A DNA stretch of 64,000 bases from IMG/VR virus record IMGVR_UViG_3300044837_000085, positions 32,001-96,000 of that record. One strand, 5' to 3'. Source of the stretch: a virus. Below, in pieces: positions 49,810-59,849 of this stretch; the first letter of the stretch is position 1; each line of letters opens with the position of its first letter. The position numbers and the translations under genes were made by a program. The notes below the pieces were generated by a model. The model ran no database searches. It was not told the origin of the DNA and saw only the letters and a program-made list of their open reading frames with translations.

Positions 49810-50418
49810 CTAATTCCAGTCGTTTCGATGCCATAACCCAAGAATTCTGCCATCGCCGTCAGCAATTGATCTGTGCGGCGACGGTAGATTGAACGGCGCG
49901 ATCATAAGATTTAGCGGTCGAAACATTCCGCTCTTCTCAATATCTGCGTTCTGTTCGTTGTTGTGCGACGTCGCCAACAACCACGAAATCCCGCTGGTAC
50001 GAAAGTTATTGAGCACCACGGAAACCAAGTAGTTTGGCAGATGTTGCAGAAAATCGCGGCACAGCATCAGGTCTGCCGGCGGCAGCAAGTCCCTGAAGAT
50101 ATCCAGCTTCACGACCTTCTTTGATCTTGGCCGAAACCTGGACGGATCAGACTCCCTAGCCCTCGTCCAATCGCAATGAACCTGATCGTAGTCGGCTCCG
50201 ATGTAATCGACATCGGATAAATCCGTTCGCGACATCCAGTTGAAATCGCCGCAAGGCGCATCAAGCAGCGTCCGAACCTCAAACTCCCGCAGCAGACGTG
50301 GCAACTCTTCCCTAATACCAGCCGTGAATGACAAGGTAGAACCGGCACCGCATCCCGTCTCCGGAAGACCGGCCGTGAACGGCATCTTCAGAATCACCGC
50401 CAATTTTGCTTGCACCAA
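49810..50418 (-). CDS. SAM-dependent methyltransferase (glycan-associated type)
   Basis: GAGST, LDAPCGDFNWM, CRDFLQHL. Confidence 0.85.
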   Translation of the reverse strand: MVQAKLAVILKMPFTAGLPETGCGAGSTLSFTAGIREELPRLLREFEVRTLLDAPCGDFNWMSRTDLSDVDYIGADYDQVHCDWTRARESDPSRFRPRSKKVVKLDIFRDLLPPADLMLCRDFLQHLPNYLVSVVLNNFRTSGISWLLATSHNNEQNADIEKSGMFRPLNLMIAPFNLPSPHRSIADGDGRILGLWHRNDWN

Positions 50419-51011
50419 TCGAATTGCGTCAAAGCATTCATCTTTGGTCGCCCATGGCAGTAAATTATTCTTGCCTCTCCGATACCGACATCACGAACAC
50501 GGTGCGCTTTCACAGAGCGTATTTGTCCTGGCCAGAGATCATCTATCGGCTGCCACGGAAACGTCCGCAGCCACTCCATGTCATTTTCGCCGCGCCAGTC
50601 ATCAAAGACCTTGCGCCAGCCTGCAGGGACTAAAGCGACTCCGTTGATAGATTGCTCAGCCTTGTATGGATTGCGCGGGAGCGCGATTTTGTCTCCCGTC
50701 AAGCAATAATCTGCGAAGTGATCGATGTTTCCGACGACGATCGTATCCAGACCAACGAGGATCATGGGCTCATTGAGCCTATACGGCTCCGTGAAACTTC
50801 CGTAGTCCGGTTCTTTCGAACCTAGCAGCTCCTGCTCGATCCCCTCGCCGAACTTCCGCGGTCTGTCCGTGAACACCACGAACCGAAACGGCACCGTCAG
50901 GTTTCTGGCAAATCCTCGATAAAGCTTTTCACACCAACTTTCATCGTATCCGCGAGAGAAGTCCTGAGTATGGCGGTTAGCATTCCAAAGACACGTCGCT
51001 ACGGTTATCAA
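50394..51011 (-). CDS. GT-A fold glycosyltransferase
   Basis: FVVFTD, GLDTIVVGNID, HGRPK. Confidence 0.75.
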   Translation of the reverse strand: MITVATCLWNANRHTQDFSRGYDESWCEKLYRGFARNLTVPFRFVVFTDRPRKFGEGIEQELLGSKEPDYGSFTEPYRLNEPMILVGLDTIVVGNIDHFADYCLTGDKIALPRNPYKAEQSINGVALVPAGWRKVFDDWRGENDMEWLRTFPWQPIDDLWPGQIRSVKAHRVRDVGIGEARIIYCHGRPKMNALTQFDWCKQNWR

Positions 51012-51243
51012 CTTTTGAACGCACTGGTGATCTGACGTCTGTAGCCGCGGCGTGCGTCCGCGCTAATTCCATGGTCGACGTTTATGGTGATATTACGGAC
51101 AATGGTAACGCGCTCGTCTTTCGAGGCGCGGAAGTTCATGGCGTTATCCCACCTTGCGATACAATCCGCAGCGGTCTTGTCGTCGATAAGGACAGGACGC
51201 CGCTCCATCCTTGCGCGGATGGCGCTGTAATCAAATACGATCA

Positions 51244-51771
51244 TCATGCTAATTCTCCATAGGCCGATCCCGCCAACGGCATACGCTCCGGAGTACGGGG
51301 ACTAAGCGGCACCATTTCTCCAGATCGCTTGTGGAGATAATGTGCCTTGACGTTACGACACACGGTCGACCCGGCAGCGATAACCGCACCTTCGCCGATC
51401 GTAACGCCCGGAAGTATCTGACATCCGGCGCCGATGCTCACTTCATCCGCGATATCGACCGTCACCGCTCCCTTTAGCAGCGCGCCGACGTCAAACCCAT
51501 CCTTGCCAACTCGAGGCCAGCGATCGTTGCATATCGTCACAAGAGGCCCGACGAAGACGTTATCGCCAATCCGCGTGCCCGGATTGATCGAAGACCCGTG
51601 CCCAACCAGACAACCGCTTCCCAAGATCGCGCCGTCAATAATTGCGCCGCTGGCGATGTTGCAGTCGTCGCCAACCTCAGCACCGCGGATAACGCTTGCG
51701 AACTGCCAGACCCGCGTCCCCTTGCCTATCGTCGATCTCTCGACGTGGGCGAGGTGATGGATTTGGATCAT
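51244..51771 (-). CDS. Hexapeptide-repeat acetyltransferase
   Basis: IGKGTRVWQF, IGDNVFVGP, ILPGVTIGEGAVIAAGS. Confidence 0.9.
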   Translation of the reverse strand: MIQIHHLAHVERSTIGKGTRVWQFASVIRGAEVGDDCNIASGAIIDGAILGSGCLVGHGSSINPGTRIGDNVFVGPLVTICNDRWPRVGKDGFDVGALLKGAVTVDIADEVSIGAGCQILPGVTIGEGAVIAAGSTVCRNVKAHYLHKRSGEMVPLSPRTPERMPLAGSAYGELA

Positions 51772-52577
51772 GTAAGGTGCTTCCAGAGGAATCCAGTGGT
51801 CATCTCGGATTCCGAGTATTGCGAGTGCGCCAGAGAACTTAACCATGGCTGCCGATCTGGGTAGATCGGTCTTTCGATTTCATTCAAGTCCGTAAGACCG
51901 ACCAGAGCCGCCGCGCTGTCCGGATGAACCACAACAGGACAGCCCATGATGACGGCCTCAACAGCGGCGTTGCTGCCGTGAGTCACCAGGCAATGCGCCC
52001 CCTTTAAGTCCTGATGCAGCTTGCGCCCGAAGCGCTGCATTTCCTTATTACGACTAATGACGGGACGCTTGGTGACAGTCTTGAGCGCAGCTATTGTTCG
52101 CTCTGTCCAGCCCTCAATCGCGTGGAATCGCTCATATGTAGGCGACGGCTCGGCAACGACGATGTGATCGCCTGTCTTGGACCAAGGCCAAACGTCTGTT
52201 TTTAGAGCCTTCCATCGGTCATCCGAGACATTTCGGATTTCCATCATTTGGTATCCGTTAACAATCCATCGATAGTAGCCACCGTCTTTTCCCGGTGGAA
52301 GATCGGTAGCAAAGACCCTACGGCATGCTCCACGATCCCAATATATCCAGCGCCGTCCGGTCTTAACCCAATCATCAATCAGGGGCCTGAGCTCCGGAGT
52401 ACAGCCTACGATCGGCGTGTAGTCCTTTGCCAGATCGGAAAGCTTACTGAAGTCTCCCTTTACGACCTTGCCGCCCCTTGCTTCGATCGTCTGACCGATC
52501 TTATCGAACAAGCGAAGTTTGAATGCCTTGAGGTGACCGGGGCAAAAGAACACCACGGAAGACGGGTCAACACTCAT
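51768..52577 (-). CDS. GT-B-like protein (capsule biosynthesis KpsS/KpsC-like C-terminus)
   Basis: YWDRG; VTHGSNAAVEAVIMGCPV. Confidence 0.65.
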   Translation of the reverse strand: MSVDPSSVVFFCPGHLKAFKLRLFDKIGQTIEARGGKVVKGDFSKLSDLAKDYTPIVGCTPELRPLIDDWVKTGRRWIYWDRGACRRVFATDLPPGKDGGYYRWIVNGYQMMEIRNVSDDRWKALKTDVWPWSKTGDHIVVAEPSPTYERFHAIEGWTERTIAALKTVTKRPVISRNKEMQRFGRKLHQDLKGAHCLVTHGSNAAVEAVIMGCPVVVHPDSAAALVGLTDLNEIERPIYPDRQPWLSSLAHSQYSESEMTTGFLWKHLT

Positions 52578-53375
52578 TCAATCAAAAAGGCTGTATTGAG
52601 ATGGGGCGCTATGCTTACTCTTTGATCTCACTGGACGCTTACTCATAGTCAGGCGACTCTTTCTTATACTCTCCGACGCCCTGCGTTTGAATTCTGGATC
52701 GGACCACGCCTTGCGCCGATTTTCCGACATCGCAGCCTTACGCTCCGGGGTCCATTGAGATTTCACCAATGCGCTCTTGCGGGCGGTTTTCTCAGGACAG
52801 GACCAGACCTTTTTCAATAACGCGCGGCGCTCTGCGGCTCGCTTGGGATCGTCCCAAATCGATCTGTGAGACGCCATCCAGCTTTTTCTAAACTCAGGAT
52901 CGGACCAAAGTCCGTTTGTCGTAGCTCTGGCACGCTCCCGATAAGCTGGATCAAGGTGGCCTCTAGCTATACCAGACCTAAACTTTTCTCTTTGAATAGG
53001 ATCTGACCAGAAGCTACGCATCATATCCGCGTCGCCGCCGCTCCCTCCTTTATGGATGTTACACAACTGCTCTTTCGGAAATGAGGCAATTGTCTCCATC
53101 TCCAAAAGATACGCTTCGGCGTCATTCATTCCACTAGAGAGAACCTGTATTTCAATCTTCCTGCCCAGCCTCATAGCCTTAGCTACGCTGTTGGTAACTC
53201 TCATAGCCTTGATCTTTTCACCCTTCGCGCGACGCTCATTAACATCTCTGGCGTTCCGGAAGTGTTCTAATGCGCGGTATCTTCGGCCCTTACCTACATA
53301 TCGAACAACACCGTCCACTTTCAAAAAGTAGACGTAGGCCCCGACAAAATCTTTATGTATGAGTCTTCTACCCAT
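52578..53375 (-). CDS. GIY-YIG endonuclease with W-x-D-P helical repeats
   Basis: YVYFL...YVGKG...R; N..KGG.GG; repeated WSDP. Confidence 0.8.
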   Translation of the reverse strand: MGRRLIHKDFVGAYVYFLKVDGVVRYVGKGRRYRALEHFRNARDVNERRAKGEKIKAMRVTNSVAKAMRLGRKIEIQVLSSGMNDAEAYLLEMETIASFPKEQLCNIHKGGSGGDADMMRSFWSDPIQREKFRSGIARGHLDPAYRERARATTNGLWSDPEFRKSWMASHRSIWDDPKRAAERRALLKKVWSCPEKTARKSALVKSQWTPERKAAMSENRRKAWSDPEFKRRASESIRKSRLTMSKRPVRSKSKHSAPSQYSLFD

Positions 53376-53463
53376 TCTGACCTCTCATCTAGGTTGGGGT
53401 GGTTAGAGCCGTCACGGTGGTGAGACACCTTGGCGGCTCGCTTTATATCGACTGTTTAACCGA

Positions 53464-54105
53464 CTATTTCCAGTTGTTTTTTATCCAGTCAAGGTGAGAA
53501 AATTTTGAAGGATCCCGCCACCCAGGAAAGGCAACGATCCGCGCATCCTTTGGCAGCGCCTCACCGGCCGGCCACTTTTTCTTCGCGAACGCATAAATTC
53601 CAGAATCCGGCCCGACTTCCCAATTTTTTGCATCGGGGCACTCATGCTCTAGCCACGCCTGATCATCGGGAAATTCTGAATAGCGAATCTGAGAAGCCGA
53701 CTTTAGCGAAAAGTCACTCCAGACATCAGGCCGGTATCCAGCCATGAACGAAAAGACACTGCCGTTGTAGCGCAGCGGATTGCTCATATTGGCGTTGAGC
53801 AAAATCGCGAACTCATCTCCGATATCGAACAGTGGATCGAGCGGCCCGGTTATAACCGTATCCAAGTCGATCGAGACGATCCTGTCTCCGGGAATAATAT
53901 TGTGCCTCGCCTGCCATTCAGGATCGAACGCTCGAAGCCGGCAGAAGCATCCCGGAATCTTTGTCAGATATTCATCTTCCGCCATGGGCGCGAAGACGCC
54001 GAAGATATATTCCTGCTTCAGGTTTCGCGCGATCCCGGCCTTGAGCCGTTCAACATAGTGGCCAGCGTATTTCGAGCCCCAACGAAAAGTAACGACGTGA
54101 AGCAT
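53464..54105 (-). CDS. GT-A fold glycosyltransferase
   Basis: WGSKY...YVERL, DLDTVITGPLD, YNGSV, DQAW. Confidence 0.8.
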   Translation of the reverse strand: MLHVVTFRWGSKYAGHYVERLKAGIARNLKQEYIFGVFAPMAEDEYLTKIPGCFCRLRAFDPEWQARHNIIPGDRIVSIDLDTVITGPLDPLFDIGDEFAILLNANMSNPLRYNGSVFSFMAGYRPDVWSDFSLKSASQIRYSEFPDDQAWLEHECPDAKNWEVGPDSGIYAFAKKKWPAGEALPKDARIVAFPGWRDPSKFSHLDWIKNNWK

Positions 54106-54303
54106 CCCCTTATGCGTTGTCGTTGTTGGTGTAAACATGGTCTGACGAACTCGCCGTGGTAACGCGACCATAGCCACGCTCAACCAGCAATTTCGCCAAA
54201 TGAAACTCACATGTTGCATAATCAAACCCACCCAACTCCCGGCGAATTTTCTTGATCTCTGTTTCCAGTTCCACCACATCGAAATCGCTTGTCATGTCAT
54301 TAC

Positions 54304-54891
54304 TCATAAGTTCTTCCAGAGAACGCCAATGCCGTTGTTCTTGCCAGTCGGGCAGAACTTGAATTCCTGATGGCGATAATCGACCTTGATCGAGTCCCAG
54401 AACTCAGGGACGTCGATCCGAACGCCTACCCAATCCGGAGCTCGGCGCCACGATATGTCATGGAATGCGATGATGTTGCCAAGATCACCATAGTTGTCCC
54501 AGTCCGAGGTAACGCCAAGACGGCGATGATCACCATCCAACATAACCGCGTGATAAGGACCGTATCTCCGGCACTTCTTGACAACCTCTGGATCTGCGCT
54601 ATCGCCCCAGATGACGCGAGCGTCGTATCCGATTTCGTTCAGCTTCGCGACGCAATTAACCAGTGACGCGCTGCTCTCCTGCCAAGCCTTGGTGCCGTTC
54701 GGAAGATCAACAGAAACAATACGAGAGCCTTTAGGCAGCGCATTTGCAACGCGCCAGAGAGAGCCGCCGAACTTTGATCCGATCTCGAGGTAGGTACTAA
54801 CCCCATTGGCCTGAAACAGATTGCATAGTGCGTCGATTTCTTCCGGAACCTGAGCCATCTCGGTTTCGTACTTTTGCACTACCGGCCCCAT
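54304..54891 (-). CDS. Class I SAM methyltransferase (Methyltransf_24-like)
   Basis: LEIGSKFGGS, LDGDH, AFHDI. Confidence 0.88.
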   Translation of the reverse strand: MGPVVQKYETEMAQVPEEIDALCNLFQANGVSTYLEIGSKFGGSLWRVANALPKGSRIVSVDLPNGTKAWQESSASLVNCVAKLNEIGYDARVIWGDSADPEVVKKCRRYGPYHAVMLDGDHRRLGVTSDWDNYGDLGNIIAFHDISWRRAPDWVGVRIDVPEFWDSIKVDYRHQEFKFCPTGKNNGIGVLWKNL

Positions 54892-55463
54892 ATTGCAGCC
54901 ACGCCTAGATCATTCGAAATGTAGGAAGTATGGATACGCTTCAATCCGACTTCTTTCAAGTCGCGATCCAGCGCCCTGATCTCCAGTTCGTTCTCTTCGA
55001 ACTGCTCTGACGTTCCTCGCCATGCGAAGTATTTCTTGGTCCAGTTGCCGAAGAACTGCATCAACTTGGTCAACTCTTTTGCCGGCATGACGCGCTTGAG
55101 TTTGTGGTAGGTCGCCAGGCAGAGAACGAAGTCGTAGCTGTTCATCTCGAATATCTTCAGGGCGCCCGGCCCCTTTGTAAGGTCGACCACTTCAAACCTG
55201 GAATCGACGTTTCGAAGATCGCCGAACCACTCTCTCGCTGCGTCGATTCCGCGCTCATAGATGTCGCATCCATGAACGACGGCCGCATAGTTCTGGTAGA
55301 ACTCGTACCCGACCATCCCGCGATTGCATCCGATATCGAAGACCGACTTTCCCTTAGCCCTCGCAACGAGATCGGTGATGCCGTCGAGCCTGATATTGTT
55401 AGGCCCTGCTACTCTCCGCTGAACTTTGTAGGACGCTCCCAGCGGTTGCATCATGTCGACCAC
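54879..55463 (-). CDS. Class I SAM methyltransferase
   Basis: VFDIGCNRG, GCD, YDFVLCLA..H. Confidence 0.85.
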   Translation of the reverse strand: MVDMMQPLGASYKVQRRVAGPNNIRLDGITDLVARAKGKSVFDIGCNRGMVGYEFYQNYAAVVHGCDIYERGIDAAREWFGDLRNVDSRFEVVDLTKGPGALKIFEMNSYDFVLCLATYHKLKRVMPAKELTKLMQFFGNWTKKYFAWRGTSEQFEENELEIRALDRDLKEVGLKRIHTSYISNDLGVAAIWGR

Positions 55464-56229
55464 GAAGTATCTCCTCTGTCGCGTTGATCACCGACTCTAC
55501 CGAGATCGCTTCCATTGCTGCCCGGCAGTGATCGCACTTGAAGATCGAACCGCACGCTTCAAATCCACCGTTCAAATTGGTGTGGCCAGGATAGCCAGTA
55601 ACAACGGGAGGAATAAAACCGCCAAAGAGAACAACAGCCCGAACCCCAACAGCAGCCGCCCCATGGTGCAGCCCTCCTTCAGGCAAGATCGCCATCCGCG
55701 ACCTTGTCAGCGCAATAGCGGCTTCCCTGAACGATGACACTGGAATAACTCTGACACCGCTAAGTCGAACTTGGCCGAAACTAAACTGAGCGACCTCATA
55801 TCCTCGTGATATCAGTTCGTTTGCTGCAGCCTGATATTTTGCTTTGCCCCAATCCTTATTTGGCGCAACGGATTTATGCCACGGCACGTTAGGTTCGATC
55901 AGAATGAATCCTGGCTTTATCCTCTTCGAAAAATCGATCTCTTCTTTATCGAATACGATCTCTCCGGGGATTGCTCTAAAGTCCAAATTCCAGATCCAAC
56001 GATTTCCGGCAAACTTATTGTAGAGACGATTTCCCTTATAGAAAGGGATCCATTCGACATCCGACTGATGTTCAGTTCTGGGAATTGCGATGTTCTTATT
56101 CTTGCGAAATATCTCTCGGCTGTGCTGGTCCCAGATAATTTTCTTGCCGTCGCCAAATGCTATCCTCTTTCCTCTATCCTGCGCGCCTCTCGCCATTCCT
56201 GCTGCGAGGAGCTGATCACCGATTCCCAC
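55399..56229 (-). CDS. GT9-like (heptosyltransferase-like) glycosyltransferase
   Basis: GIGD, NKDW, EGGLHHGAAAVG...VVLFG, C...C..C. Confidence 0.85.
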   Translation of the reverse strand: MGIGDQLLAAGMARGAQDRGKRIAFGDGKKIIWDQHSREIFRKNKNIAIPRTEHQSDVEWIPFYKGNRLYNKFAGNRWIWNLDFRAIPGEIVFDKEEIDFSKRIKPGFILIEPNVPWHKSVAPNKDWGKAKYQAAANELISRGYEVAQFSFGQVRLSGVRVIPVSSFREAAIALTRSRMAILPEGGLHHGAAAVGVRAVVLFGGFIPPVVTGYPGHTNLNGGFEACGSIFKCDHCRAAMEAISVESVINATEEILRGRHDATAGSVLQSSAESSRA

Positions 56230-56233
56230 GAAA

Positions 56234-56992
56234 TTACGATCCGAAACTCAGCGGACCTCGCGCCCAGTCATCTCGAACCATTCTCCATTCATCGGCATAT
56301 TTTTGTTCGGAGTACCCGTCCATGTCGGGCGTCCCGCTGGTGAAATGACATATTGTCGCTGACAATTCAGGAGCGGTGTGACCTACTAGGTAGTTCCACG
56401 CTTGATCAAGTTCTCCGATATCGGAATCATTAAGCCAACAGAAGCGATGTAGGTCTCTGCCTGGCGTGGTGTTGAGGACTTCCAGCGTGAGCACCTTGTT
56501 TGCGGGATGATCCAGATTCACCGCCATCACGCTTGACTGATTTTTTCTCGCGTAAACAGACTGAACTTGATTATCCATTTTCACCGAGGATACCGGCGCA
56601 TAATCGTGATGAACACAATAGAGCGCCTTGGAATCCTCAAGCTGCTCGAACAAGCGACACACGTTACCGCGAAACATTACATCGCCATCAACGAACAGAG
56701 CCCAGCCACCGAGACCCATCTTCTTGGCTAAATGAGGTAAAAAGAATCTCGCGTTGGCATGGTCCGTACTCTGCGGATGATCGCTCACCACATCCCACAT
56801 AATGGGCTTGTCGGCCGCGCTCGGGCGATATTCGATTGGACGAGTATACAATCCCATCTTGATCAAATCGTCCAACAGCAATCCGTAAATCGGGATCGGA
56901 GCGGTTAGGTGTCTTCGGCAGGATTCACGAGCGACCGCAAATGCTGCGGCCTCACGTCTATCCCATCCGATCCAGATACTACGCTGCATCAA
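56234..56992 (-). CDS. GT8-like glycosyltransferase
   Basis: IGWDRRE, FVDGD, RKNQSSVM, WNYLVG, HFTSGTP. Confidence 0.85.
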   Translation of the reverse strand: MMQRSIWIGWDRREAAAFAVARESCRRHLTAPIPIYGLLLDDLIKMGLYTRPIEYRPSAADKPIMWDVVSDHPQSTDHANARFFLPHLAKKMGLGGWALFVDGDVMFRGNVCRLFEQLEDSKALYCVHHDYAPVSSVKMDNQVQSVYARKNQSSVMAVNLDHPANKVLTLEVLNTTPGRDLHRFCWLNDSDIGELDQAWNYLVGHTAPELSATICHFTSGTPDMDGYSEQKYADEWRMVRDDWARGPLSFGS

Positions 56993-57629
56993 CCAAATCC
57001 CAAATCCGCAACGTTTCTTCTATCGATCGACGCTCAAAACACTTCAACGAACTATTATTGGAGGCGTTGAACACCTGAATGCCCCGATCTCTGAGCTTCG
57101 GAGCGGCCAATTCAAAGGCGCGAATCCACCTACGAAAATTGTCTTCCGTTGGGTTATTGCCGCCCTGCCAGTTATTCCGTCCGTACCAGTGCGCTCCGCT
57201 TCGATCGTTCATATCGAAACCGATCAGCAGGATATGCTTGACGCCGAACTGGACCGCGAGATTGAGCGCCTGAAATCCAGAATTGCCGCCGGATCCGAGT
57301 TTTCCGCACGACTCGAAAATCAGATCATCAGACTTGGCGGCAACATCAACCAACTTCAGGTCCGGATACGGCGCCGCCGGGTGAGCGTTGTCACCCTTCC
57401 ATGTAATCTTGAGACCCTTGAACTCCGGAAGACCGTTCCGCGCCTTCCACCATGCCGAGTCGCATCCATAAACAACATCTGCCCAAGGCGCTAATTCGAC
57501 ATTCTCCTTGATCGCGATGACTGGCATGGCGTCACGAAGCGCCGGGATATTTGCCTTCTTCGCTGACGGTCCAGACGCTATGATCGCAACGGCAAATCCG
57601 GACCAGTCCAGATACCAGTCAGGTTTCAA
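56979..57629 (-). CDS. Maf/DUF115-like putative glycosyltransferase (paralog 2)
   Basis: IIASGPSA, YGCD..WW, NSGFQALNLAVQFG, LIGFDM, HWYG. Confidence 0.7.
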   Translation of the reverse strand: MKPDWYLDWSGFAVAIIASGPSAKKANIPALRDAMPVIAIKENVELAPWADVVYGCDSAWWKARNGLPEFKGLKITWKGDNAHPAAPYPDLKLVDVAAKSDDLIFESCGKLGSGGNSGFQALNLAVQFGVKHILLIGFDMNDRSGAHWYGRNNWQGGNNPTEDNFRRWIRAFELAAPKLRDRGIQVFNASNNSSLKCFERRSIEETLRIWDLVDAA

Positions 57630-57632
57630 GTA

Positions 57633-58730
57633 TCAATCACTCGGGCTTGTGGTGGCGTTGGTCATGGTGCCTTCAACCGCGAAGTTGCCGGCCGATCCCT
57701 TGTTGTTCATGTATGTTGTGGAGTCACCAGACAGGTAGATCAGCGGCCGAGAACCCGTTAGCAGGCTGCCATCCGCGCCCTGATCCACCGGCTTTCCATT
57801 GCTGATGATCTTTGCAACAATCGCCGGATCGGACAGGTCAACAGCCCGCGACACATCCAGATACAGATCGGAGAAATCGCCGATGAATGGTTCTGACAAC
57901 GAATAGACAAGACCATTATTTTGCCAGCCATCCGAACCAATCACGAAATCAGCAACCGACCAATCGATTTGGAAAGCAGCACCGTCCTCCCAATCAATAA
58001 CGACGGTGCGCAGCACACCATTGCGCAAAATCTGATAGGTACGCGATCCCGCCGCCGCGTTGACGTTCCAGCTATAAGCTACAAGCTGCCAATCACCAGT
58101 TTCCACGTCGGCGTGCTCGGAGACGCCCAAATCATTGTCAAAGCCCGTAAGACCATTCTGTTGAAATTGATAGAACGGTTGCCCGCCGCTGCCGACGTAG
58201 AAATTAGCCGGATTGTAGCCGTCCGTTTTCGGCAAGGTGGCGTGCGGAGCAGGTTGCGTTCCGGTATCGGAAAAATTGGCGATGGTAGACAAAATGCTCG
58301 GCGTTGACGCCGCCTTAAGCCAGTGGAAGAACGTTCCAACCGAACTTGGTGAACCTACAAACGAGCGCGTCCACAAAGTAGTCGCACCATCAAAGTTGAC
58401 CGCGCCAGCTACATAGTCCCCTCCCCCGCCTCCACCTGTATCGGCAGCACCCAACAAGGACCGATTCAGGATAGCCAGAGCATCCGTAAAGTCGCAGTTA
58501 CCGTTGTTGAGGTTCAGTGAGCTGAAGTGCGCCGCAAGCTTGATGACGATGTCCGGAAGCGAGTCCGAGTAAATCGTCGATGACGATCCACTTAGATCCG
58601 TCAAGCAAGATGCCAGATATCTTGAAAGAGATTTCTGATTACGATTGAAGGGATAACCATTGGCCTCGAGATAGGTGATAACGACCTCTGCCCACTCTTC
58701 GCTTTCGCGAACGGTAAGGTTACGGGCCAT
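57633..58730 (-). CDS. Virion accessory protein with ConA/LamG-like domain
   Basis: Poly-Gly linker, AVNFDG, WQLVAYSW, NKGSAGNF. Confidence 0.65.
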   Translation of the reverse strand: MARNLTVRESEEWAEVVITYLEANGYPFNRNQKSLSRYLASCLTDLSGSSSTIYSDSLPDIVIKLAAHFSSLNLNNGNCDFTDALAILNRSLLGAADTGGGGGGDYVAGAVNFDGATTLWTRSFVGSPSSVGTFFHWLKAASTPSILSTIANFSDTGTQPAPHATLPKTDGYNPANFYVGSGGQPFYQFQQNGLTGFDNDLGVSEHADVETGDWQLVAYSWNVNAAAGSRTYQILRNGVLRTVVIDWEDGAAFQIDWSVADFVIGSDGWQNNGLVYSLSEPFIGDFSDLYLDVSRAVDLSDPAIVAKIISNGKPVDQGADGSLLTGSRPLIYLSGDSTTYMNNKGSAGNFAVEGTMTNATTSPSD

Positions 58731-59387
58731 TTAAGCCTCGCAAGCATTCGATTCCAGCAAGCCACATGACCGCATGGCCTCCTCTATGGACATCTTTCGA
58801 AACGCTTTCAGGCTACTCACAGCAGATGCATTGATAACGTCGACACCACGATCAAGAAGATCGGCTGCAGCGCCATCAAATGCAGCGCGCCATCTCCTAA
58901 AATTATCCTCGGTCGGATTGCTCGCGAACGCCCAAGCGTTGCGTCCATACCAGTGCTCGCCACCGACGCCATGCATATCGAATCCGATAAGAAGAATTCT
59001 CTTGGCGCCGAACTGGACTGCCAAATTGAGAGCCTGAAATCCGGAATTTCCGGCGGCCCCGACCGTTCCTATCCTGTCGAACAGAAGTTTGTCGCCGTGG
59101 ATGTTGGGAATCTCTACTTTGCGGATGCCGTATTCATCGCCACAGACATGCTTGTCATATGCTAGCTTCAATCCATTGAATTTCATGAGCCCGTGGACGT
59201 CGCGCCACCAATGATGATCACATCCGTAAACCACATCAGCCCACGGTGCGAGTTCGACGCTTTTTTTGATCGCCAACACGCGCATCTTTCCACGCAGCAA
59301 TCCTACATTCGACTTCTTCGCCGAAGGTCCAGAGGCGATGATTGCGACCGCTTGTCCGGTCCAGTCAGGCCAATCCGTCACGCCCAA
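58731..59387 (-). CDS. Maf/DUF115-like putative glycosyltransferase (paralog 1)
   Basis: Same motifs as 56979..57629. Confidence 0.7.
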   Translation of the reverse strand: MGVTDWPDWTGQAVAIIASGPSAKKSNVGLLRGKMRVLAIKKSVELAPWADVVYGCDHHWWRDVHGLMKFNGLKLAYDKHVCGDEYGIRKVEIPNIHGDKLLFDRIGTVGAAGNSGFQALNLAVQFGAKRILLIGFDMHGVGGEHWYGRNAWAFASNPTEDNFRRWRAAFDGAAADLLDRGVDVINASAVSSLKAFRKMSIEEAMRSCGLLESNACEA

Positions 59388-59839
59388 CTTTTCCCATCCT
59401 TGCCTGGAGCGCCATTCTTACCGTCGATCCCGTGCTTTCCGTCTCTACCGTCGCGCCCTTTCTTGATCGAAAGCCTCCACGATGAAGACCCATCAAGGGG
59501 CTTCTCCGTAGCCTCGGTATTGCGCTGGGCGATGTAGAATTGTCCGCCCCAAGTAACGCCATCGCCCTTGGCGTAAGACTGCTCTTTCCAGACGCCGCGG
59601 TCGATCACGATAGGAAAATCGAAACTGAATTCCTTAACGTTATCGCCGCGAACGAACCGGAGAGTAATTTTCCGCTCTCCGTCATGGACCACCTGCAGAT
59701 CATCGAACCCCAACCCGTCCGGACCTCGAGGTCCAGGCAACCGAGCTAGACTCCTGATTTCCTCCATCGCGCGCATACTCGCTGAGATGGCTACGTTTAT
59801 CGCCTCCCAGATCGTATACTTTGGCACCATTTTCGACAT
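59378..59839 (-). CDS. Head accessory protein with collagen-like ends
   Basis: GPRGPDGLGFDD, RGVW...Y.KGD.VTWGG, KKGRDGRDG. Confidence 0.7.
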   Translation of the reverse strand: MSKMVPKYTIWEAINVAISASMRAMEEIRSLARLPGPRGPDGLGFDDLQVVHDGERKITLRFVRGDNVKEFSFDFPIVIDRGVWKEQSYAKGDGVTWGGQFYIAQRNTEATEKPLDGSSSWRLSIKKGRDGRDGKHGIDGKNGAPGKDGKSWA

Positions 59840-59849
59840 TCAAAATTCC

